DNA of 64,000 nt from Macrostomum lignano (lineage: Eukaryota): NCBI GenBank assembly GCA_002269645.1, contig NIVC01001106.1, positions 124,001 through 188,000 of the forward strand, read 5' to 3'. Each line of letters starts with the position of its first letter. Within the stretch, counting starts at the first letter, position 1. The notes beneath the pieces are model-generated. The model was not told the origin of the DNA, made no database searches, and worked only from the letters and a program-made list of their open reading frames with translations. The position numbers and the translations under genes are program-made. Of the stretch, positions 52,490 through 64,000 are shown one piece after another.

Positions 52490-52915
52490 TCTTCACTGGT
52501 CTATCGGTCTGTCACTTCCCTAGTCTATCAGTCTGTCACTTTCCTAGTCTATCAGTCTGTCACTTCCCTAGTCTATCAGTCTGTCACTTCCCTAGTCTAT
52601 CAGTCTGTCACTTCTCTAATCTATCAGTCTGTCACTACCCTAGTCTATCAGTCTGTCACTTCCCTAGTCTATCAGTCTGTCACTTCCCTAATCTATCAGT
52701 CTGTCACTTCCCTAGTCTATCAGTCTGTCACTTCCCTAGTCTATCAGTCTGTCACTTTCCTAATCTATCAGTCTGTCACTTCCCTAGTCTATCAGTCTGT
52801 CACTTCCCTAGTCTATCAGTCTGTCACTACCCTAGTCTATCAGTCTGTCACTTCCCTAATCTATCAGTCTGTCACTTCCCTAGTCTATCAATCTGTCACT
52901 TCCCTAGTCTATCAG
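52490..52915 (+). repeat. Minisatellite, 24-nt CTATCAGTCTGTCACTTCCCTAGT
   Basis: NMNAT intron 5. Confidence 0.95.
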
Positions 52916-52970
52916 CCTAGCACGGTCCTGTGAAGTTTCTCTACATCTCAAAACCGCCTCAGCGCCTCAC

Positions 52971-53137
52971 CCATGCCAGCAGTCTGCCCTGCAGCCGTAC
53001 AGCCGGTGCCTGTACACGTAGTCAATGACGCTGTCTGGCAGCAGGTAGCGAACACTCTCTCCGCGTCGGAGGGACCGACGAATCTGGCTGGAGCTGGTGT
53101 CGTTGCAGGACCACTCGGATAGGATCACCAGGTTTTG
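52971..53137 (-). CDS. NMNAT: NMNAT exon 5 (end of catalytic domain)
   Basis: gtccag|QNLVILSEWSCNDTSSSQIRRSLRRGESVRYLLPDSVIDYVYRHRLY, the canonical ISST-type motif and HxLY end. Confidence 0.93.
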
Positions 53138-53269
53138 CTGGACGTTAGAAAGATTAAATTAGTGCAAGTAACTTCATTTCAAACTTTATAGATGCGATTA
53201 GTCAAATTAGTTTATTCTTAAAGGGGGTTGAAGATTCGACAAACCAGCTTTCAGCATGGTTGAGTCGGG

Positions 53270-53975
53270 TTTAGGGCGATTTTTAATGTTGGGTTTGGGG
53301 CGATTCTTGATTTCGGGTTTAGGGCGATTCTTGATGTTGGGTTTAGGGCGATTCTTGATTTCGGGTTTAGGGCGATTCTTGATGTCGGGTTTAAGGCGAT
53401 TCTTGATGTCAGGTTTAAGGCGATTCTTGATGTCGGGTTTAGGGCGATTCTTGATGTCGGGTTTAGGGCGATTCTTGATGTCGGGTTTAAGGCGATTCTT
53501 GATGTCGGGTTTAGGGCGATTCTTGATGTCGGGTTTGGGGCGATTCTTGATGTCGGGTTTGGGGCGATTCTTGATGTCGGGTTTAAGGCGATTCTTGATG
53601 TCGGGTTTAGGGCGATTCTTGATGTCGGATTTAGGGCGATTCTTAAAGTCGGGTTTAAGGCGATTCTTGATGTCAGTTTAGGGCGATTCTTGATGTCGGG
53701 TTTAGGGCGATTCTTGATGTCGGGTTTAAGGCGATTCTTGATGTCAGTTTAGGGCGATTCTTGATGTCGGGTTTAGGGCGATTCTTGATGTCGGGTTTAG
53801 GGCGATTCTTGATGTCGGGTTTAGGGCGATTCTTGATGTCGGGTTTGGGGCGATTCTTGATGTCGGCGTTTAATGCGATTCTTAATGTCGGGTTTAGGGC
53901 GATTCTTGATGTCGGGTTTAGGGCGATTCTTAATGTCGGGTTTAGGGCGATTCTTGATGTCAGTTTAGGGCGATT
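53270..53975 (+). repeat. Minisatellite, 24-nt GTCGGGTTTAGGGCGATTCTTGAT
   Basis: NMNAT intron 4. Confidence 0.95.
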
Positions 53976-54429
53976 GTCCAGTAATAGCAGCCACAGCAAC
54001 CCGCCTGGGCGCAGCTCTGCACAAAAGTACATTTCACATACCGCCGAGTTTCCTGCAAACTGCTGACTCACCCAAGTCATTATTCATGCGAGAGATTTTG
54101 TGGCAAATTAAATTATTAGTTTGTAAGAAGAATCTTTGAAAAAAAGCCAAAACGACACACAGTAAGATGCAGCAGAGATAAGAGAGCAGGACAAAACTGG
54201 CTTGATGAGGCGTACAGACTCTTTGCTACAAGTTTGCTTGGTGATCAAAATAATGCGACCTTGAAAGGCACGGTTTTCTGCATGCTATGCTTTTGATTGC
54301 ATGCTGAATTTCATATTTAACTGACTTTTAAGTCCTTTGATTTCATAATCTCTTTTCTTGCATCTTCTGGTGGGATGGAAGGCGGCACAGTTTGGGAACA
54401 GGTAGATAAAAGTACTGGAAAATTCTCAC

Positions 54430-54531
54430 CTCAAACGGGTTGATCGCGTCGCACTCGTAAATAAACTTTTGCGGGTTGAAGCCGCTCCTGGCGAGCACAA
54501 CCATGCCATAGTCGCGGGCAATAGTGACCAT
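54430..54531 (-). CDS. NMNAT: NMNAT exon 4
   Basis: ttacag|MVTIARDYGMVVLARSGFNPQKFIYECDAINPFE|gtgaga. Confidence 0.9.
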
Positions 54532-54674
54532 CTGTAAGATGAAAATGAGACGCGCGTAACGTTTTTTAAACAAAATACTAGAATAATACATCAAGAAAAT
54601 CAAGAAAACAGTTAAAATATAACCGAATTTATAGAGAAGTCTATTAAACTTTATTTACAGAACAAAACTTTCGA

Positions 54675-54900
54675 CTACACTCGAATTTGAATAAAGTGGA
54701 CGCGAACTTGTGTAAAGTGCACGCGAACTTAATAAGGTACACTCGAACTTGAATAAAGTGCACGCAAACCTAAATGAAGTTCTTGCGAGTTTGAATAAAG
54801 TACACTCGAACTCGAATCAAGTGCAGGTGAACTAGCTAAAAGTGCATGTGAACTTGAATATAGTAAACTAAAAAAAAAGTGCATGACGACTTGATTTAAG
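54675..54900 (+). repeat. Degenerate ~21-nt repeat AAGTGCACGCGAACTTGAATA
   Basis: NMNAT intron 3. Confidence 0.8.
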
Positions 54901-54954
54901 TGCACACAAGCTAAAAAAAGACCACAAAATATTTGACCTATAAATCTAGCTTAC

Positions 54955-55136
54955 ATCCTCGGTGCGCCACAGGCTGGGCCGGGCGAAGCTGGCCAACAAG
55001 TCGGCGCCGCACAGCAGCATCAGTCTGGCCGCTAGTGGCGCCGTCTGACGATCGGCCGAGTCGCCGCCATGGGCGCTGGCACCGGCGGTGGATTTCAATC
55101 GTCTGACGAGTTTTCGCAACCAGATGCACTCCGCGT
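54955..55136 (-). CDS. NMNAT: NMNAT exon 3
   Basis: ttttag|AC; ...LMLLCGADLLASFARPSLWRTED|gtaagc. Confidence 0.9.
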
Positions 55137-55210
55137 CTAAAAGAGCGAAAGCAGCTAGCAGTTTCCTCAGACCCATGTTTTTCTATAAAATTTAGAAAAT
55201 TTAGTCCAAC

Positions 55211-55444
55211 CTGTTTCGTCGCAGCTTTCACCGCCGCTGCCACCTGCAGTGGAGCAGGGCTCCGTCCCGGTCAGCTCGGCGTCGATAGCCGCCTGGTAGC
55301 GGTCCAGCACCTGTCTGGTGGGCGTCCAGCGGCGTCTGGTTGCCTCCCATTTGCCGAGGCGAATCCAGGCGGGTGGCCCAGCGACAGCTGGCGGAGACAG
55401 CGCCAGGCGGAGCATCTCCAGCCTGTGCTCAGCGCTGGCCAGGT
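55211..55444 (-). CDS. NMNAT: NMNAT exon 2
   Basis: gcatag|AC; DLASAEHRLEMLRLAL...WIRLGKWEATRRRWTPTRQVL (WxxT motif). Donor is gttgga, or an earlier in-phase gtggca. Confidence 0.88.
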
Positions 55445-55479
55445 CTATGCAAGATGCGGGTTGGGGACTCTGACTGGCT

Positions 55480-55519
<40 letters not shown>

Positions 55520-55525
55520 CTAGGC

Positions 55526-55586
<61 letters not shown>

Positions 55587-55589
55587 CAT

Positions 55590-55652
<63 letters not shown>

Positions 55653-55655
55653 CAT

Positions 55656-55702
<47 letters not shown>

Positions 55703-55708
55703 CTAGGC

Positions 55709-55769
<61 letters not shown>

Positions 55770-55772
55770 CAT

Positions 55773-55811
<39 letters not shown>

Positions 55812-55812
55812 G
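55480..55812 (+). repeat. (GACA)n microsatellite abutting the SINE
   Basis: NMNAT intron 1. Confidence 0.98.
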
Positions 55813-55955
55813 CTAATGCTGGCACCCATTTTACAGCTGGGTGAACTGAAGCAATGCAGAGTTTAGCGTCTTGCTCAAGGACAAAACTTGTTCCAGTGGG
55901 ATCGAGAATTGTGAGTTGTGAGAACAAAACGCTCTGACCACTAGGTTACAATCCC
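55813..55955 (-). mobile_element. tRNA-derived CORE-type SINE
   Basis: The + strand CCCATTTTACAGCTGGGTGAACTGAAGCA...GTCTTGCTCAAGGACA resembles the MIR/CORE domain; an A-box-like TAGTGGTCAGAGCG lies at the minus-strand 5' end. Confidence 0.7.
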
Positions 55956-55992
55956 ATTTATAATGGCAATAAAAGTTCACAATAAAGCCTCA

Positions 55993-56400
<408 letters not shown>

Positions 56401-57823
56401 TTAATGATTTTTTAATTATTATATCCAGCTTAAGTTGCAAAACTGCCTGCAGATATTAGCATTTTTAAAATCTAGATAAAACAATATTTTTACTATTTTA
56501 TATGTCAATGGCATCAAAGTTTCAAAAAGGGTATATAGTCTCAGTTTTACTATAAAATTCAATAATAAATGCGAATATCTTGTTAAATCTGCTTGAGTAA
56601 AATAATATATCATCATTAGCCATAAATATAATTAAGGTTTTTAGAAATATGGTACTTGAATAAAAATCCTTTAGCAATAAATTTGCTCTTTTTGTGATTT
56701 AGAAATAGAATAGGTACATTTAGTATAGTGGATAAAAAGCTGCTTAAATCCCAAAAGAAACCAAATATGGCTTTATTATTCTTATTCAACATGATTTTGA
56801 AGCAATGTACCATGTAGTTCCTGTTCTTGGCATATCTTTTTAAATGATTGAATGATATTAGAACTTTGTTTGTTTGTTCATTAGTTGAACTAATGAAGTC
56901 TGTAGATTTTTTTCATCATGTGAATTAAATTGAACATAACTAAAATACCAAACAAAAATTAAATAATTTGTTAAACCCACGATTTATAAAAATGTAAAAA
57001 CATAATTTGCTTTTACCAAGTCCTAAGTATACATAGCCTAGGCAAAGTACGGTATCACAGTATCGGAAATAACGATACAATTCTAGCGCTTAAAATGACA
57101 TTCAGCCAATGGTTCTGCTAAATTGGAAAAGTTTCCAATATTTCCTTCTGACCTATCGTGTAATGTCTAAGGGGTAGGTTGTTTGTTTGTAGGGAGGGTA
57201 GCTCTAGATCGATCTATTTTATATATAGACAGGTGGGCCGCAGAGGCAGCTTAAAACACGACTTCCAACATAAATTAAATCTGCGGCAAAACAATCATCA
57301 AGCAAGTTAGTGATTTCCTGGTTAAAGTAAATAACTGCAATAAGCTTTTTTTGTACTTTAAGTCTGATTAATTTTTCCTGTTTCGTTTAGGAAAGGTAAA
57401 TTAAAAAATAAATTTGTTTAATTATTAAACTGGCCTTCTTTGGAAACATTAAAAAATCGTTAAAACATTTTTTAAAATCAAGTTCGCATTTTATTTCGAA
57501 CAGACCGTTTTATTTTTAGTATATTGAAAATACATTTAAAAATACATTACATTTTGTGTAATAGCATGGATGGGTACATTATATATATGTCGTTATAATT
57601 TAATGTGCGCAATAAATAATGTTTTTTACTAATGTGAAGAGCATGCATTCTTAAATTCATGATGCTCAATGTAATCACGAATGTCTTTTAGAATACATTG
57701 AAGCTTAACAGTATTCTTTATGGCGGGTTTTTAGCGCTGTCGCATTTTACTCAAGCGCGGCTTATTATGAATATGATGCGCGGCTTAAACGATGCACAGT
57801 TGCGGACAGAGCAAATTAGAAAA

Positions 57824-58375
57824 GGGTTGCTTTCACAAACCCGAAATTTCACAACCACTAAATCACTTAGTTCCATAAACGCGAAAATTCACAACCGAAC
57901 AATTCACAACCGCTATAAATATGTCATCTACTTTCACAACCGCGAAATTTTACAACCGCTAATTTTTTGTAATCACTTTCATAAACGCGAAACTTAATTC
58001 ATAAGCGCGAAACTTCACAAACGCGAAACTTCACAACCGCTAAATATCATCTACTTTAACAACTGCGAAACCGCTAAAAGACTGCCGTATATGAAAGTAA
58101 GTACAAAAATTTTAGCGGTTGTGAAGTTTTGCAGTTGTGAAAGTAGATATTGACATTTAGCGGTTGTGAAGTTTCGCGTTTATGAAAGTGATTACAAAAA
58201 ATTAGCGGTTGTGAAGTTTCGCACTATGAAATTTTAGCGCTCGCTTATGAAAGTAGGTGACTTAGCGGTTGTGAAGTTTTGAGGTTGAGAAGTTTCGAGG
58301 CTGTGAAGTTTCGCGTTTATGAAAGCAAGTGCTTTTAGCGCGGTTATGAAATTTCGCGTTTGTGAAACCCACCCG
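57824..58375. mobile_element. Foldback-type MITE with long degenerate inverted arms
   Basis: Left arm built of AAACTTCACAACCGC units, right arm of their reverse complement; matching termini; direct repeat TAGAAAA on both flanks. Confidence 0.8.
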
Positions 58376-58499
58376 TAGAAAATATGTCTAACAAAATCAT
58401 ACTCGTACAAAACTAGTAACTTTCTGTTCATAAATCTTTACTTGAAGTAGAACAGCATGAATGAGCCTGCATGGGCACATACACTGTAAAGCCCATTTA

Positions 58500-58760
58500 T
58501 TCTCATACTTCATTGGCTTAGCTAGGATCTGGGTGGTCCTTTTTTCTTATTGGTTCCTGGGGGTAGTGCTTCAATGACTAAACTATTTCACCCACAAGAC
58601 TTGAATTCGTGGCTCCAATAAAGAATAGGAAAAGAGACGAACTCCGCCCAAAAAGCCCACCAAACCCTCGGTACCCTATTGTTGAGTTGGGCCACCTCAT
58701 TCTGTACTCCCGTTCGGCCACACCCGGCTTCTAAAGAAGTCCCTCACTTAAGGTGAGCGC
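58500..58760 (+). promoter_or_regulatory. Promoter-like region upstream of the tincar-like gene
   Basis: ATTGG/CCAAT boxes, a CCGCCC GC box, and a 5'-UTR-type donor aag|gtgagc at 58753. Confidence 0.3.
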
Positions 58761-58830
58761 CTGCTAAAAACATCATCTCTAGATAGCAACTTGCAAGCTC
58801 AGCAGCATCTCCGGACAAATTAGCCAGAAG

Positions 58831-59326
58831 ATGGCGCCCAGCCGTTTAAAGCTGGACAAAATGTGGCGCATCTGGTACGCAGTGCTGGTAGTTCTGCTGC
58901 AAATATTCTTACTGTACTCGGCCGCCGTCCGCTATTCCGTTCACCGGGTTCAAGCGCTTCGCGAGTCCTGGGAGGCCGGCCCGATGAACTTCTGCCTGGC
59001 CGCGCTCATCACCTCGGCCTGCCTTCTGCTGCTGTTCATCTACGCCGCCTTCGCTCGCACCGGCAACTACGCCGAGGACGGCGTGTCGCTTGGCCGCGAC
59101 CATCGGCACCTGAAGTCGGCCATAGCAGCCGTTGGCCAGGAGACCGGCTCGTCCGGCTCAACGACAGGCGCCTCATCCCCGGCCAGCCTGTCCGAGTTTG
59201 CCAGCCGGTTAAGGCGTCACTTCCTGCCGTTCACCTGCGTGCTACACCTGCTAATGTCCGGCTGCCTGCTGCTCTCTGTGCCAGTGCTGGACGCCTCCTG
59301 CCTGCTGCACGACAAGCTGCCAGCCG
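58831..59326 (+). CDS. tinc: Tincar-like multipass membrane protein, first coding exon
   Basis: WRIWY..LV.LLQ, TGNYAEDGVSLG and RHFLPFTCVLHLLMSGCLLL match, from memory, the WSIWY, GN.ANDG..LG and RH..P...LH....CLL motifs of Drosophila tincar; donor gtgagt. Downstream exons not resolved. Confidence 0.7.
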
Positions 59327-61099
59327 GTGAGTACTAATTAGGTGACGAGGCTAGAAATTCACTGTTGCTCTCTGACAATTGCATGCCAATCAAATTTCAA
59401 CTTCACGCTCAAAGGGAAGGCAAACAGCGTCCTACTATTACAGTCCTACTATAATAGAAGCAAGACAATTAGGTCGTATTGACAAAATCGTTAACATTTG
59501 CTTTGCAGCTCTCAACATTTAGTGCGAGGAAGTTTCCTAAAATCATCTCGAGCCTATAAGTGAATGTTGCAGTGTTGTGTAGCTCGTGGTAAAAGATTTG
59601 ACCCCGGAAACAGTGACCCAAGTGACCCCGAAACCTCGTTTAGCGGCAGTGCCAATCTGCCGCCCGTCTAGCTGTACGGATTAATTTTAAAGCTCCAATC
59701 GAAATCGCATGGTCAATACGCAGCAAAAATGTTGAAACGTTTCTGCTTAAGTCCGAAAGCACGAACTGCAAACAGACTGGGCACGCCAGCGTTTGTCCGT
59801 CTTTTGAATTTGAAGGATTATAATACGATTTCTGCTAACTTCTATTCACTCTACAATACATGCTCAATAACGGCTTGGTCATTTTTCGTTTTCTAGCTTA
59901 GTAGCTAAGTGCAGGTGAAGTGCAGGTGTACAAAATCTACTAAATGTAACTGCATCTACACCAACGATGCAGGCAGACCAGAAGCTGTGCATAGGAGATC
60001 GGGAATAAACAGAACGCAGAGAGGGACTTGATGGTTGGGAAATCTTGTCACCCTCGTACTTAGGTGGGAGAGAAAGAAAAAAGTCACCAGGGCGAGGTGA
60101 ACTTGAAGGGTGGAGAATGTTTTTTTCCCAAAAATATTTTCCCAGGGACAGGAATTAGTGGCTTGCTTGTAATGGGGATTTGTATTCTGCAGGGGATCAC
60201 CACTTCCCTCTGCCTGCCACCATCCTCTTCAACAGTGGATCGAGACGAATCTCGGCGAAGCCAGTGACCTCAAGAAGCATCGCGCGCAGTGGGAGGTTAA
60301 GAGGTGCAGCTATAGGCCTCCCTTTGGTGGGATTTAATGACCCGATGGGAATTCAGCTCTTGTCTCCTGCCAGTTGGTTGTTGACTTAAAACACACGCGC
60401 GCACACAAGACCGACTGTCGTTCAAAAATTCCAGTTTTCTTTCATCTGGGGCTCCTTTAAAAAATTCTTCATTTCCTGACATGTTAAAAAAAGTTCTCGC
60501 TGCAATCTAGCTGAGCTAAAAGGCATTTAGTTTTACTGCTATGCCATTAAATATTCGGTGACCATTGAGTGCTGAGAATCTCACTCTGAGAAGGCCTGCA
60601 AACCAATTTAGTCAGAGGGTTCGTCACCCTCTTTGTCGAGAGGTGGTTTAGTTGCTATGGCCCCCCTTCGGCTACCAATAGCCATTCAACCAAGCATCAA
60701 GAGTGGAGAACCTGCAACAACAAAGGAGAGAATTCTCGCTCTGAGAATATAATGACGATTGCGTAACCCCCGCCACTCACCTGCAGAGACCCGGGAAACA
60801 ATGTTTCGAGGCGAACATTAAATTTGGAGAAATTCGAATTTAGCCATGTTGCCAAGAGCTCAGCTTGAGGCCATCATATTCGCTGTGCTCTCACGCAATT
60901 GGGTTAGATACAATTTTAGAAACTCAGGACTAGGAATTTGACAGTGAAGTCTGCTCTGGATGCTTGACGTCCCGTGAAAAATAGTGGTTTCTGATCAGAG
61001 CATTCTCTCTGGCAAAACACAGGTCTATCATTCACCCAATACTGACGACCGATGGGATAAGGACTGAAAAGGACTATCGGATCAGCACACTCCGTTTTC

Positions 61100-61453
61100 T
61101 CTAAAAGCCTCTCTCTCTCTCTTCTCTCTTCTCTCTTCTCTCTTCTCTCTTCTCTCTTCTCTTCTCTCTCCTCTCTTCTCTTCTCTCTCCTCTCTTCTCT
61201 TCTCTCTCCTCTCTCCTCTTCTCTCTCCCGTCTTCTCTTCTCTCTCCTCTACTCTCCTCTCCTCTCTCCTCTTCCCTCCCCTCCTATTCATCACTCCTCG
61301 CCTCTATTCTTCTTTATTCTTTCGTCTCTCCTTCCTCCTACCTCCCTCCCTTCTCTCTTCTCTATTCCTTCTCCTCTCTCCCCTCCTCTGGCCCGCAGTC
61401 ATGCTCTAGATTCTCTATCTGGCCCTTGAGGTAAAAACGTTTGGAGACCCCTG
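61100..61453. mobile_element. hAT-like MITE remnant (same family as 4705)
   Basis: Expanded CT-rich core, CCTCTGGCCCGCAGTC, right end GTTTGGAGACCCCTG. Confidence 0.5.
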
Positions 61454-61779
61454 CTATACCGGTAAACCCTAAGATAAACCGAACAAAGAAAACGATGAAA
61501 GGGTTGGATCGAGTGAGGTCTGTCTAGGCCGAAATCCGTATGAACTGACATGACGATGTGACTGAGCCTGAGCTATTTGCTTTGCTCCCAGATTTCACCA
61601 TTTAGTCTTCAACAAACGGACCTTGGTTTGCTCATATTTTCACCGTTGTCTTGAGGATACTTCGTTATTGTTAATCAATGACTAAAGATTTTACGGGTTA
61701 CGTTTTAAATTATTATTATGTTTGTATACGTTTATTTTATTACTGTGTTTAATGCTTGTGCATGTCGTTTTTTTCATAG

Positions 61780-63400
61780 ACAAAATCTACCATTGTTAAA
61801 CTCCACAACCACAGACACAATCTACCATTGTGAAACTCTCCAACCATAGACACAATCTACCATTGTCAAACTCTCCAACCATAGACACAATCTACCATTG
61901 TCAAACTCCTCAACCACAGACACGATCTACACAATCTACCATTGTCAAACTCTGCAACCACAGACACAATCTACACAATCTACCATTGTCAAACTCCTCA
62001 ACCACAGACACGATCTACACAGTCTACCATTGTCAAACTCTGCAACCACAGACACAATCTACCATTGTCAAACTCCTCAACCACAGACACAATCTACCAT
62101 TGTCAAACTCTCCAACCACAGACACAATCCACCATTGTCAAACTCCTCAACCACAGACACAATCTACCATTGTCAAACTCTCCAACCACAGACACAATCC
62201 ACCATTGTCAAACTCTCCAACCACAGACACAATCTACCATTGTCAAACTCTCCAACCATAGACACAATCTACCATTGTCAAACTCCCCAACCATAGACAC
62301 AATCTACCATTGTCAAACTCTCCAACCATAGACACAATCTACCATTGTTAAACTCCACAACCACAGACACAATCTACGATTGTGAAACTCTCCAACCATA
62401 GACACAATCTACCATTGTCAAACTCTCCAACCATAGACACAATCTACCATTGTCAAACTCCTCAACCACAGACACGATCTACACAATCTACCATTGTCAA
62501 ACTCTGCAACCACAGACACAATCTACCATTGTCAAACTCCTCAACCACAGACACAATCTACCATTGTCAAACTCTCCAACCACAGACACAATCCACCATT
62601 GTCAAACTCTCCAACCACAGACACAATCTACCATTGTCAAACTCTCCAACCATAGACACAATCTACCATTGTCAAACTCCCCAACCATAGACACAATCTA
62701 CCATTGTCAAACTCTCCAACCATAGACACAATCTACCATTGTCAAACTCTCCAACCATAGACACAATCTACCATTGTCAAACTCTCCAACCATAGACACA
62801 ATCTACCATTGTCAAACTCTCCAACCACAGATACAATTCACCATTGTCAAACTCCTCAACCACAGACACAATCTACCATTGTCAAACTCCTCAACCACAG
62901 ACACAATCTACCATTGTCAAACTCTCCAACCATAGACACAATCTACCATTGTCAAACTCCTCAACCACAGACACGATCTACACAATCTACCATTGTCAAA
63001 CTCTCCAACCACAGACACAATCTACCATTGTCAAACTCCCCAACCATAGACACAATTCACCATTGTCAAACTCCTCAACCACAGACACAATCTACCATTG
63101 TCAAACTCTCCAACCATAGACACAATCTACCATTGTCAAACTCTCCAACCATAGACATAATCTACCATTGTCAAACTCCTCAACCACAGACACGATCTAC
63201 ACAATCTACCATTGTCAAACTCTCCAACCACAGACACAATCTACCATTGTCAAACTCCCCAACCACAGACACAATCTACCATTGTCAAACTCCCCAACCA
63301 TAGACACAATCTACCATTGTTAAACTCTCCAACCACAGACACAATCTACCATTGTCAAACTCCCCAACCATAGACACAATCTACCATTGTCAAACTCCAC
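61780..63400 (+). repeat. Minisatellite, 35-nt ACAATCTACCATTGTCAAACTCTCCAACCACAGAC
   Basis: ~45 copies. Confidence 0.97.
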
Positions 63401-64000
63401 AAGCGTTAAATGCAATCTACCATTTGGGTACGAGTAGTTAAAAAGTTCCCACGAATTCCCTCTGTTTACAAAAAATGCAAAGGTAAATGTTGATGACTGG
63501 ATGAAAAGAACAGTAGAAATGGTTATCAGTAGTTATAGTTTATGACCCTAACCAAGTCAGTACTTGACAGATTGCTGTGCGCACAGTGCAAGAGAATTGG
63601 CCTGGATTGGACAGGTGAACTCCTCTCAAACAGGCCAGACCCAGACGACAAACCACTGCTGCTCCCTTGTAACACTGTCGCCTGCACGTAGTTAAGAAAA
63701 AAATACCCAAGAAAAAACAAATTGGCAGGGGAAGCGAAGGCCACGAGGGTTGGAAGAAATCTAATGAGTCTGATTTGGGTACAGAATTGACTAGCTCTCG
63801 GCAAGGCCCTGGATCCCGGACCCGAGCAGTCGGCACAAAAAACCTATGGAATTCAAAGTTTTGAAACTCTTTACTAATAGAAGTTTCGAATAGTTTCTAA
63901 TTCCCAATGAGTGAATTATCATAACGTATTTTCCAGCGGAGATATTTTTGTGTTTGCAAAGCCAAATTTGTGGAATTTCTAATTCTTAATAACTACGGGG

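Noticed and set aside
56419-56813. Two minus-strand ORFs coupled by TAATG
   Set aside because: Short AT-rich ORFs with no recognisable motif; the overlap is expected by chance.

Overview
This is eukaryotic (metazoan) genomic DNA, not prokaryotic. It holds GC-rich, poly-Gln/Ala-rich exons separated by GT-AG introns; the style resembles Macrostomum-type flatworm genomes, but that is inference only. Five genes can be reconstructed by hand. (1) An AGAP/centaurin-gamma gene on + (GTPase-like domain exons 2315-5447, PH-ArfGAP-ankyrin exons 21078-24378) with a probable internal alternative first exon at 18027-18932. (2) A divergent cyclin D on + (26437-~29403). (3) An ASPP-family gene on - (coiled coil, RVxF, ankyrin, SH3; 32946-38777, 5' end not found) with an apparent 1-nt frameshift near 38695. 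(4) An NMNAT on - (48462-56202) with a long C-terminal extension. (5) The first coding exon of a tincar-like membrane protein on + (58831-59326). The dominant unexplained feature is about 30 different micro/minisatellite arrays, roughly 24 kb or 35-40% of the window by manual tally. Nearly every resolved intron over ~400 nt carries its own private array, and removing the array often leaves an intron the size of the repeat-free ones. Several arrays appear seeded by MITE, foldback or SINE sequence or by a splice donor. Several are homotypic arrays of textbook transcription-factor motifs (AP-1, CCAAT, TTCnnnGAA, CAAGGTCA, inverted SOX). Most long ORFs in the supplied track are artefacts of these repeats.
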